Of a stretch of 64,000 nucleotides of DNA, positions 1 to 8,444 are shown piece by piece. The stretch covers positions 1 through 64,000 of IMG/VR virus record IMGVR_UViG_3300027969_000055; one strand, 5' to 3'. The position numbers were made by a program, and so were the translations under genes. Each line of letters opens with the position of its first letter. Within the stretch, counting starts at the first letter, position 1. The notes under the pieces were generated by a model. That model was not told the origin of the DNA, made no database searches, and saw nothing but the letters and a program-made list of their open reading frames with translations. The stretch comes from a virus.

Positions 1-192
1 TACCATACTGACCCAAACGCTTATCACCCTCCTCTCGAAAATCCTGAATTACCGGAAGGCATTGAAAACAAAGATTGGCACTGGCTTAATGAAGAAAAAA
101 CTGAATGGTGCCGATTAGATGATGAAAGCCGCGAATATCCATGTTGTGAATTTTGGTATGACGAAAATGGCTATGAAATTGAAGAAAAATAA
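1..192 (+). CDS. hypothetical protein, 3' end (partial)
   Basis: Frame 1 open from window start (YHTDPNAY...EYPCCEFWYDENGYEIEEK) to TAA at 190-192. Confidence 0.6.
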   Translation, partial: YHTDPNAYHPPLENPELPEGIENKDWHWLNEEKTEWCRLDDESREYPCCEFWYDENGYEIEEK

Positions 193-202
193 ATTATAGA
201 TT

Positions 203-889
203 ATGAGAACTTTAGTAATATCAGATATACACATTGGATCTAAAGGTTGCAATACTGAAGCAATTACAATGTTATTAAAAACAGAAACATTTGATCGACT
301 GATTCTAGTTGGTGATATTATTGATGGATGGCTCTTTACTAAATATAAAAAGTTTTCTCAAGACCATACTAACCTAATAAGAAAATTTCTAAAGATTTCA
401 AAAAGAATGGAAGTTATTTGGATAGCCGGCAATCATGATGAGTTCTTAAGAAAATACTTGCCGGTTGATATTGGTAATATTATAGTGGTTGATGAATGGA
501 CTGAAGATGGAATATGGTTTTGTCATGGAGACAAATATGATGGAATTGTTAAGATGCACTGGTTGGGAATGTTAGGCTCAATTGGTTATGATCTGGCAAT
601 TGAACTAGACCGGTTTATAAAAAAGTTTGGTAGAAAAACCAGTTTGTCAAAATACTTAAAAGATAATGTAAAGGCAGCCGTTTCATTTATGGTTGATTTT
701 GAAAATGAAATGGTTCGTCAAGCAAAAAAGAGAAATTGCCATACTGTTGTATGCGGTCACATTCATACTCCATCAGATAAAGAAATAGACGGAGTTCGAT
801 ACTTAAACACTGGCGACTGGATTGAAAATACTTCATATATTATATATGATTCAACTAAAAACACTAACTGGCTAACTCTATTTAGATAA
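203..889 (+). CDS. metallophosphoesterase, LpxH-like/PlcP (phospholipase C) family
   Basis: SDIHIG, GDIIDGW, GNHDE, HGDKYD, CGHIH, NTGDW motifs; SLSKYLKDNVKAAVSFMVDFE resembles the PlcP-type subfamily. Confidence 0.85.
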   Translation: MRTLVISDIHIGSKGCNTEAITMLLKTETFDRLILVGDIIDGWLFTKYKKFSQDHTNLIRKFLKISKRMEVIWIAGNHDEFLRKYLPVDIGNIIVVDEWTEDGIWFCHGDKYDGIVKMHWLGMLGSIGYDLAIELDRFIKKFGRKTSLSKYLKDNVKAAVSFMVDFENEMVRQAKKRNCHTVVCGHIHTPSDKEIDGVRYLNTGDWIENTSYIIYDSTKNTNWLTLFR

Positions 890-1605
890 TGATTAACGAT
901 TTAACTATTATAATTCCATGCTATAATGAAGAGGCCTATATCGGTAGAACTCTTAGAGCTATATTAAGACAGAAAGAATGTGCTGGTGTTAAAATAATCA
1001 TAGCAGACGCTGGATCAACTGACCAAACGGTTAATATAATTAATTCAATTGCTTTAAAATTTAATCTAAATGTTGAAATAATTAAAGGAGGTTTGCCTGC
1101 AATTGGCCGAAATGCAGGTGCGCAAATAGCAACTACTCGATTATTACTATTTCTAGATGCGGATATTACATTTACCCATAAAAGAGTTATTATTGACTCA
1201 GTTAATACTCTCCGTGCTGGTAATTATGCAATGCTTGGAACAACCCCTAAATACAAAGGGGAATTTGATTTACGAGCAAATTTTATATTTTGGATAAACG
1301 GCCTAACTACTTGGTATCTTTCTAAAACTAAACCGTTTGCAATAGGTGGATTTATGATTGTCCGTAGATTTATTTTTAATAACCTTGGCGGATTTAACGA
1401 GCTTGCCCATCAAAGTGAAGACTGGTTATTAAGTAGAAAAATAAAGCCTAATAAATTTAAGCTTATACCTAAACTAATTACACAAGATAATCGTCGATTT
1501 AAAAAATACGGATACCTTAATATGATTTGGCTAGTTATTAAAAATTGGCTGAACCGTAATAATGAATCTCATTTTTATAAAGACCAAAAATATTGGCATA
1601 ACTAA
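889..1605 (+). CDS. glycosyltransferase family 2
   Basis: IIIPCYNEE, DAGSTD, GRNAG, FLDAD, GGF...EDW motifs; overlaps upstream stop (TAATG). Confidence 0.9.
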   Translation: MINDLTIIIPCYNEEAYIGRTLRAILRQKECAGVKIIIADAGSTDQTVNIINSIALKFNLNVEIIKGGLPAIGRNAGAQIATTRLLLFLDADITFTHKRVIIDSVNTLRAGNYAMLGTTPKYKGEFDLRANFIFWINGLTTWYLSKTKPFAIGGFMIVRRFIFNNLGGFNELAHQSEDWLLSRKIKPNKFKLIPKLITQDNRRFKKYGYLNMIWLVIKNWLNRNNESHFYKDQKYWHN

Positions 1606-1607
1606 CT

Positions 1608-3344
1608 ATGAATAAACTCCAAGAGGAATTTGAACAATTTGTAAAAGGAAAACACCCAGGACTGGAGTTTCGGCCTCAACAAAAAGAGGCAATACTTGAT
1701 ATAATCTCTGCATATAACGATGATCCAAATGGTATCTACTTATTAGATGCCCCAACTGGTTCAGGTAAATCCGTAATTGCAATGGTCTTTGCAGATTTTC
1801 TTGCATTTAAAGGCAATCGCGGTTATATTCTTGCTTCAGATCTTTCGCTACACGAACAATACGTAAAGGACTTTCGTAAACTACAATTATGGAATTGGGG
1901 TAATATTAAAGGAGTTGATAATTATAAATGCGTTGTTAATGACGAGAAATTTTCAATAGGCGAGTGTAAAAGTAAAGGAACTTCATATGAAGCTGCTGAG
2001 TCCTTGCCGTGTTTTAAGCAATGTGGGTACTTAACCTCACGTAAAAAATCAATTAAATCTCAAGTTGCACTACTTACTTATCCATATGCCTTAATTCAAA
2101 GAAATTATGTTGAGCAACAACAGCAAGGCAAAGGCAAAGGCTCTCCATTTCCACAAAGAGATTTTGTAGTTTGCGATGAAGCTCATAAATTATTAGATAT
2201 TGTACAGAGCCACTTTAGCCCAATTGTATCAAAGGAGATTGTAAAGAAGGCTGAAAAACTATTGGAAGGACTTGGAGATATTGGACAAACTGTACCAAAA
2301 ATAAATCTTGAAAGACTTGAGAAAATAATAGACCGTATTTATGCAGATGATGATCAAGCAAATTTACTTAAACTGTTAAGAGAAGTTACTAAAGTACTTG
2401 GTGAAGTTATGAAGGCAACTAGCCCTCTTAGGGAAAATGCATCAGCTGAATTTACTGAAGGTAGCGTTCCACTTGAATGGCTTGCTGTTTTTAACCTAGC
2501 AGACTGGTGTAAAGACGTCCACTGTAAACTTCAAGACTATTGCGAAATTGTTGGAAAGGTTGGGGTTGAAAAACTAATTAAGAACCCTGGAGAAAAAGCC
2601 TTGGTTTTTAACTGCATTGACGAGTACTATCTTTTAAAGAAACACTTCTATACTAAATTTGGGTTTAAGTTATTAATGACTGCCACTATGGGTAATCCTA
2701 GTGACTTCATGCGAAATCATGGTATCAAGTCAGCCAAGTACTTTAAAATAGAGAGCCATTTTAACTGGGAAAAGTCCCCGATCATTTTCTATCCTGGTAA
2801 AAAAATGTCAACCCGATTCCTGGTTGATAATATGCAATGGGCTATTGATACCGTGACTAGAATTGTCCGAGAGCACTCTGAGGACTCTGGGATCATTCAT
2901 TCCGGTTCATATGAATTGAATACTAAGATTTGGACAGGGCTTCCTAAAGACGTTAAGAAACGCATTTTACTCTATAAAGGTTCTGAAGAAAAGGATCAAG
3001 CTCTAAAGAAAATGAGTAAAAAGAAAGGGCTTGTGTTAATGGGACCTTCTATCCTAGAGGGTTTAAATATGGTAGACGACCAGAGTAGATTTCAAATTTT
3101 CTTAAAGGTTCCATACCCGCATCTTGGCGATAAGTACGTTGCGGCTAAACTTGAATATTCGCAAGCCTGGTATAACTGGAAGACTTCAATTGCAGTATTA
3201 CAGGGAGTAGGCCGGTCGATTCGTACCCCAGATGATTGGGCGGTTACTTATTTACTAGATGGGTGTTTTGCCGATCTTATGAAGTCAGCTGGCGATCAAT
3301 TTCCACCAGAATTTAAAGCCAGGCTGAAAGTAGAATATAAATAA
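1608..3344 (+). CDS. DinG/XPD-like SF2 helicase
   Basis: Q motif RPQQ, Walker A APTGSGKS, DEAH, QGVGRSIRTPDD motif VI, Cys cluster after motif I. Confidence 0.85.
   Translation: MNKLQEEFEQFVKGKHPGLEFRPQQKEAILDIISAYNDDPNGIYLLDAPTGSGKSVIAMVFADFLAFKGNRGYILASDLSLHEQYVKDFRKLQLWNWGNIKGVDNYKCVVNDEKFSIGECKSKGTSYEAAESLPCFKQCGYLTSRKKSIKSQVALLTYPYALIQRNYVEQQQQGKGKGSPFPQRDFVVCDEAHKLLDIVQSHFSPIVSKEIVKKAEKLLEGLGDIGQTVPKINLERLEKIIDRIYADDDQANLLKLLREVTKVLGEVMKATSPLRENASAEFTEGSVPLEWLAVFNLADWCKDVHCKLQDYCEIVGKVGVEKLIKNPGEKALVFNCIDEYYLLKKHFYTKFGFKLLMTATMGNPSDFMRNHGIKSAKYFKIESHFNWEKSPIIFYPGKKMSTRFLVDNMQWAIDTVTRIVREHSEDSGIIHSGSYELNTKIWTGLPKDVKKRILLYKGSEEKDQALKKMSKKKGLVLMGPSILEGLNMVDDQSRFQIFLKVPYPHLGDKYVAAKLEYSQAWYNWKTSIAVLQGVGRSIRTPDDWAVTYLLDGCFADLMKSAGDQFPPEFKARLKVEYK
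3337..3344 (+). promoter_or_regulatory. T4-like late promoter ATAAATAA
   Basis: TATAAATA as in T4 late promoters; recurs at 5798, 7429, 8417, 12841, 22775, 23647, 23924, 33070, 38612, 42251, 46279, 53383, 57216, 59083 (+) and 26509, 30289, 37462 (-). Confidence 0.75.
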
Positions 3345-3366
3345 CCCTAAACACTAGGGAACTTTC

Positions 3367-3762
3367 ATGTCTATACTTAACTGGGAACTATATCACCAAA
3401 CTAAAGAGGTTAGTAAGATTCATACTGATTTAATATTTGAAGCAAAGAAACCTGAGACCTTTGAAAAATTTGCAGGTAATAGACTAGCAGGAGCAATTAA
3501 GATTGCTGAAACTACCAAAGCAAAAGGTGGAGATTCTTTATTAACCTATCAGCACTATAAAGTTAAGTTACCGTATTATAAAAAAGCGGCTGCTGGTAAA
3601 TTTAATATTGAAGAGGCCAAATCTGAACTAAAAAAATTGCACACCTACCTTCATGCAATCATTGATAAATTTGAAGCAAAGGACCAAACCCCATTTCAAC
3701 AAGTAATGGGAAAGATTGAAGTAGTTGGTGAATTAATTATTAAGTACAATGAAACACATTAA
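3367..3762 (+). CDS. hypothetical protein (putative internal head protein)
   Basis: 131-aa ORF after TATAAATA; N-terminal ILNWELY and IFE possible cleavage site. Confidence 0.65.
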   Translation: MSILNWELYHQTKEVSKIHTDLIFEAKKPETFEKFAGNRLAGAIKIAETTKAKGGDSLLTYQHYKVKLPYYKKAAAGKFNIEEAKSELKKLHTYLHAIIDKFEAKDQTPFQQVMGKIEVVGELIIKYNETH

Positions 3763-4594
3763 TTTATTTGAAAGTTGGGTAAATGAATCAGTGACTGCTG
3801 ATCAAATAGCTATTCAAATACAACAAGCGGTTGCTAGATTAGGAACAGGCGAACAGGAATTAGTCGATGCAATCAAATTAATTCCGGATGCAGCTTCAAT
3901 GGTTCTTGTCAATAAACGGCTAAAGGCCGGATTTGATAATAATGGCTGGGACTATTCAAACGTTGGAGATGCAATCAACGGTGAACTTGGGTATTTTGAT
4001 CAAGCTTATATAAATCAAATTAATACTCATATTAAGAATATAAAAGCTGACAAATATTTGGGATCATTTGTTGCGCCGCCTATGCCGGTTGATCAAATAA
4101 TTAATTCGATTAAGGCTCGTGTAATTCAACACGAAGGCAAAAAACCGGTTAAATATTTAGATTCTAGAGGAATTCCTACGATTGGAGTTGGATTTAACCT
4201 AAATCGGTCAGATTCAAGCGAATTGCTTAAAAAAGTTGGAGCAAATCCAGATAAAGTTAAAGCTGGTAAATCTGCACTTACTGACGAACAGATAAATGCG
4301 CTGTTAGGTAATGATTTACTTAAAGCCAAACAGGATGCACAAACTCTAGCATCAGCCGATGGTTCAACTAATCTTGCAAATTCATGGAAAAAACTGCCAT
4401 TACCTGTGCAAGGAGTTTTAACTGAGATGGTATTTAATCTAGGAAAGACTGGCGTATCTAAATTTAACAATTTTCTAAAATATATTGCATCTAATAATTT
4501 TGTACAAGCATCAAAGGAGATGTTACAGTCAGAATGGGCAAGTCAAGTTGGAAATAGAGCAACCACATTAGCCCAAATAATAAAATCAGCATAA
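3749..4594 (+). CDS. GH24/T4-type lysozyme with N-terminal annexin-like repeat
   Basis: HEG...YLDSRGIPTIGVG (E-D-T triad), WASQVGNRA; N-terminal AVARLGTGEQELVDAI...GDAINGELG. Confidence 0.85.
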   Translation: MKHINLFESWVNESVTADQIAIQIQQAVARLGTGEQELVDAIKLIPDAASMVLVNKRLKAGFDNNGWDYSNVGDAINGELGYFDQAYINQINTHIKNIKADKYLGSFVAPPMPVDQIINSIKARVIQHEGKKPVKYLDSRGIPTIGVGFNLNRSDSSELLKKVGANPDKVKAGKSALTDEQINALLGNDLLKAKQDAQTLASADGSTNLANSWKKLPLPVQGVLTEMVFNLGKTGVSKFNNFLKYIASNNFVQASKEMLQSEWASQVGNRATTLAQIIKSA

Positions 4595-4596
4595 CT

Positions 4597-5169
4597 ATGA
4601 AACACATTAAACTTTTTGAAGATTTTGATCTAGATAAATTTCTAGAAAATCCCGATAAAGAATTAGCAGACGACAATTCTGCCGAAATTAATATTGGCAA
4701 TTACGTTGACTCATACAGAGGCAAGGGCCGAGTTGTTGATATGGACTATAGTTTTGCAACAGTTGAATTACATAATTCAAAAGGAAACCGGGTAAAGGTT
4801 CCATTATTTGCACTAACTAAAATTTCAAGCGATACGATTGAAACTACTAAGGTTGGAGACTCTAAAGCAGAACTTGCTGAACTTGTTAAACAAGCTACTG
4901 AATATTTAGAATATCTTAAATCCGTTGAAGAATATTCAGATGATGACGACTCATTTAGCGGTCAGATTAATTTTGATACGCTATTGCGTTTTATTCAAGA
5001 TACGGTGGTTGAGGTAATTTCAATTAAGAATAATGATACCGCATATGACTCGTATAATGAGTATCATCATTTAATTAATATAGTTGCAGTGCTAGCTGAT
5101 GTAATCCAAACCATGAGACCTGACCTAATTGACGAAGTCGATGCAGCTCTTGAAAATTTTCCAAGCTAA
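4597..5169 (+). CDS. hypothetical protein (putative internal head protein)
   Basis: MKHIKLFEDF N-terminus; acidic, SH3/KOW-like segment. Confidence 0.7.
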   Translation: MKHIKLFEDFDLDKFLENPDKELADDNSAEINIGNYVDSYRGKGRVVDMDYSFATVELHNSKGNRVKVPLFALTKISSDTIETTKVGDSKAELAELVKQATEYLEYLKSVEEYSDDDDSFSGQINFDTLLRFIQDTVVEVISIKNNDTAYDSYNEYHHLINIVAVLADVIQTMRPDLIDEVDAALENFPS

Positions 5170-5170
5170 T

Positions 5171-5755
5171 ATGAAAGTCTTAAGATTTAATCAATTTATA
5201 ACTGAGAATCAAGATAACGATGATTTAAAACAATTAGCGGATCTTGGGTTGTATACTCCGCCTGCTGAAATTGTATATAAAAAACTGGTAGAAGAAACTG
5301 GATTAGCCGACTATATGAAACTAGAAGGAAATTCTATTTTGTTTAGTTATGATTGGGATATTAATGCAGAAGACTCATTTGATTTTGACGCGCATGACAT
5401 TCGTAAATTAGGTATTGACCGAGACTTTTTTGGATTAATTGATATAGTGTTAGATTTTGATAAAATGATGATTACTGTTGAGTCAGATATTAATCAAAAA
5501 GATCTTAATTTTAATGATGTCTATTCTAACGAAGGCCCAATGTCTGATTATCTAACAGCACGAAATGACTATAGTGGAAAAGACTCAACTATTTCAGTAA
5601 GTACCGAAGAAATTGCTGATGAATTAGTGATGATGTTTCATATATGGGACCATCAAGAAGATCCATTTGGAATTTGGGGAAATATTAACGAAATTATTGA
5701 AGAAGAGATTAATACTAGGCTTGAAAGAGCAAACGATGACTCAGGTGAAGACTAG
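5171..5755 (+). CDS. acidic hypothetical protein (putative internal head protein)
   Basis: Start moved to ATG 5171 just after upstream stop; MKVLRFNQFITE. Confidence 0.7.
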   Translation: MKVLRFNQFITENQDNDDLKQLADLGLYTPPAEIVYKKLVEETGLADYMKLEGNSILFSYDWDINAEDSFDFDAHDIRKLGIDRDFFGLIDIVLDFDKMMITVESDINQKDLNFNDVYSNEGPMSDYLTARNDYSGKDSTISVSTEEIADELVMMFHIWDHQEDPFGIWGNINEIIEEEINTRLERANDDSGED

Positions 5756-5822
5756 TATAGTATTCAAGGGTTCACCCAAAATGGTAAACTTTGGGTGATA
5801 AATAATAAAAAAATCAAGAATA

Positions 5823-6422
5823 ATGGCAGACATCGCACAACAATTTGCTGGATTACCTATTGAAGATCTTATTGTATCTCCAATCGTTGGTATGGCAAAA
5901 GGACAAGCAAAATTAAATGACGTAACCTGGAAATATATTTCAGAAGTTGCATTCGTAACTGACAAAGACGGTAAAACTCAAGCCCGCTCTTTAGATGTTG
6001 AAATGAACCGTGTAGTAACAGACGGTACTACTGGAGAACAAACAGTTCAAACTCTTTATTCAAAAGTTCCAATGTTACCATTGGTTCCATTGCCTTCATT
6101 GGCTATTACTTCAGCTGATATTGAATTTACAATGGAAGTTAAAACTTCTGAAGTAGACAAGTCAAGTGAAGATAAAGAGGGATCTTTTTCAGCTTCTGCG
6201 TCTGGCGGATTTTGGGGTATGAAATACTCGGTGAGCATGGCAGGTAAAGTTGCAACTCACAAAGAGAATACACGTAGCACTGATAACTCAGCAAAATACA
6301 ATGTAAAAGTACATGCTGAACAATTACCAGCAACTGAAGGTATGTTGAAATTATCTGATTACCTAACTCAAATGTTAGAGCCATCATTAATTCCACTTAC
6401 GGCTGATCCACAATCTAAGTAA
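5823..6422 (+). CDS. DUF2589-family protein
   Basis: QQFAGLPIEDLI...AKGQ, VPMLPLVPLPSLAITSADIEFTMEV, TRSTDNSAKYNVKVHA...EGMLKL. Confidence 0.8.
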   Translation: MADIAQQFAGLPIEDLIVSPIVGMAKGQAKLNDVTWKYISEVAFVTDKDGKTQARSLDVEMNRVVTDGTTGEQTVQTLYSKVPMLPLVPLPSLAITSADIEFTMEVKTSEVDKSSEDKEGSFSASASGGFWGMKYSVSMAGKVATHKENTRSTDNSAKYNVKVHAEQLPATEGMLKLSDYLTQMLEPSLIPLTADPQSK

Positions 6423-6443
6423 TTAGAATAAGTAGATTTAACC

Positions 6444-6476
6444 AAAGAGGCTAGCTAAACACTAGCCTCTTTTTTT
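6444..6476 (+). terminator. intrinsic terminator
   Basis: AAAGAGGCTAG/CTAGCCTCTTT stem followed by T-run. Confidence 0.8.
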
Positions 6477-6478
6477 AT

Positions 6479-6505
6479 AAACTAATTATTTTAATCTAGT
6501 ATAAT
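6479..6505 (+). promoter_or_regulatory. putative early/middle promoter AAACT-N14-AGTATAAT
   Basis: Same bipartite pattern recurs at 11918, 37451, 52383 (+) and 33060, 36962, 42214, 62572 (-). Confidence 0.55.
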
Positions 6506-6531
6506 AAAAAAGGAGTTTAACCCTAATAAGT

Positions 6532-7014
6532 ATGGCAAGATTAAATATTGAAGAGCTGGTTGGAGGTTTATTAGAAGCCGCAATGGTAGCTCAAGGAATA
6601 AGCGAAAGGCAACATATTAATGCCCTTGCAAACTATTTTAATGAAGACGGTACGCCTAAGACTAAAGCCTTTAAAATAGGGGAACGCGAACTGACTGTGC
6701 CGTTGTATATTATGGCAGATCACTCTTCGATTGGCCTTGAAGAGTTAGATATTGAATTTGAAGCTAGGCTAATATTTGGAAATAGCGATAAAGACGTCTC
6801 CGATCTTAAGAGATCCTTACTTGGCCTATTTAGGAAAAAGGGATATGAGCATAATATTAATGGAATTGAAGTAGATTCTGGTAAAAATACTGATGGTTCA
6901 GGCATGTCAAAAATTCGGGTTAAATTCAAATCAGATACTAAGCCTGAAATGATTTCTAGATTAGTTGATGCCTATATTCAAAAACTTGATGATTCCTCAA
7001 ATCAAACCACATAA
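6532..7014 (+). CDS. DUF2589-family protein (second, divergent paralog)
   Basis: LEAAMVAQ...RQHI, VPLYIMADHSSIGLEELDIEFEA, PEMISRLVD. Confidence 0.7.
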   Translation: MARLNIEELVGGLLEAAMVAQGISERQHINALANYFNEDGTPKTKAFKIGERELTVPLYIMADHSSIGLEELDIEFEARLIFGNSDKDVSDLKRSLLGLFRKKGYEHNINGIEVDSGKNTDGSGMSKIRVKFKSDTKPEMISRLVDAYIQKLDDSSNQTT

Positions 7015-7016
7015 TT

Positions 7017-7220
7017 ATGGCTTTACCTTGTCCAGCATGTAGAACTCCACTTGGCATTGATTTAGCTTTCATAATGAAGCATCCAGTATCAGTATGCCCA
7101 AATTGTCAAATAATTTTAGACTTTTCAGTAAATGATGAAATTAAAAAGAAATTTAGTGCAGCAATGTCTGAAATTGACGATATTAAAAAGAAATACAAGA
7201 GCATTGCAAAATTCGGATAA
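7017..7220 (+). CDS. small zinc-ribbon protein
   Basis: CPAC...CPNC. Confidence 0.7.
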   Translation: MALPCPACRTPLGIDLAFIMKHPVSVCPNCQIILDFSVNDEIKKKFSAAMSEIDDIKKKYKSIAKFG

Positions 7221-7235
7221 ATTAACAAATAAATT

Positions 7236-7412
7236 ATGACTACTAAAGTAACAGTTACAATTGAAAAAATCCGTGAATTAGTAGCGGAGTTCCCAAACGA
7301 CATGCAATTGGGAGAAGCTGTCCGTAAGCTAATTGTGCATGGAATTGATTCGATTGTACCCGATAAGTCAACAATAATTACAAAAACCTTTGACCATAGT
7401 AAAAGTAATTAG
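7236..7412 (+). CDS. small hypothetical protein (58 aa, missing from ORF track)
   Basis: MTTKVTVTIEKIRELVAEFPNDMQLGEAVRKL...; ATG 7236 to TAG 7410-7412, fills the gap. Confidence 0.65.
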   Translation: MTTKVTVTIEKIRELVAEFPNDMQLGEAVRKLIVHGIDSIVPDKSTIITKTFDHSKSN

Positions 7413-7456
7413 GTTTAGTATAGAGTTGATAAATAACCTAAAATTATCAAGCTATT

Positions 7457-8401
7457 TTGAATATTCTTAATTTTAATGACTTTTTACTGCTTGAGGCTAG
7501 CTTATCTCAGCATGCTGATAAAAGAGTAGAACAACGTATTAAAGACAGTTTAAAGGACGGAACGGTCATTGACTTTCCAGCGGCTGCAAGAAAGAAAATT
7601 TCATTAACTGGCAGATCACTAGCTGATGTTTCAAATGAAGTAACTCAGCTAATCAAAGACGAGTTTATGCGACGTCTTACCAATAGAATAGAGCGGTCAG
7701 ACTTTCCAATTGGAAGAAATATAGTGGTTGTGTTATTAGATCCACAATTAAAATACGGTCATGATACTTTTCCAATATCAGTATCAGTAACATCAGAAAA
7801 TGAAGTAATTGATAAGAACACCGGAAAAAAGTCAATAATTAGAAAGACTTATACTGGCGAAAGATTATGTGTCTATATTGCAGATAATGTAGTGACTACG
7901 ATTAAAGTATTACCTGCAGATTATACAGATATTGATATTGAAAAGGACTCTGACAAGCATTTTGTTACTAAGAAGCTGGAGGTTAAAACCAGTACTGTAT
8001 TGTCAGGCGGTTCTGACTATATTATTGAATTGGATAAAACTGGGGAAATTAAACCTCACACAGGTCAAATACATTCAGGCCACGGTATTGTTACTGAAAA
8101 GGAATTTGCATTAACTCCAGGCAGACGTATTAAAGTAATTGTGCCATTTATTGATAAGGTTAATTTAACTAACGCTGAAATAATTTCAGTAGTTAATAGA
8201 GAATCTGCTAGAACTGATAGATTTATTAAAGTTGATGTTGTTTTAGAAGACGGCAGAAAAGTTCCTAAAACGTTAAGACCTGGAGATCAAATTGCACTAC
8301 CTGTTGGCCCAGATGGTGAATGGCAAAACTGTCAAGTGGCAGATAGTCTTTTTGTAGATTACGCAAATCGCGGAGGATCATTTTCACTTAAATATAAATA
8401 A
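7457..8401 (+). CDS. hypothetical protein (putative internal head protein)
   Basis: TTG start after ATAAATAA 7429; NILNFNDFLLLE then SQHADKRVEQRI. Confidence 0.7.
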   Translation: MNILNFNDFLLLEASLSQHADKRVEQRIKDSLKDGTVIDFPAAARKKISLTGRSLADVSNEVTQLIKDEFMRRLTNRIERSDFPIGRNIVVVLLDPQLKYGHDTFPISVSVTSENEVIDKNTGKKSIIRKTYTGERLCVYIADNVVTTIKVLPADYTDIDIEKDSDKHFVTKKLEVKTSTVLSGGSDYIIELDKTGEIKPHTGQIHSGHGIVTEKEFALTPGRRIKVIVPFIDKVNLTNAEIISVVNRESARTDRFIKVDVVLEDGRKVPKTLRPGDQIALPVGPDGEWQNCQVADSLFVDYANRGGSFSLKYK

Positions 8402-8444
8402 CGGGCCGCTGCCCAAATAAATAACTAAAAAATATACGCAAGTA

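Noticed and set aside
4126-4470. Antisense and alternate-frame ORFs in the track (e.g. 4126, 10726, 18111, 26112, 33137, 57277, 58850)
   Set aside because: They lie inside well-supported genes, show no motifs, and mirror low-complexity coding
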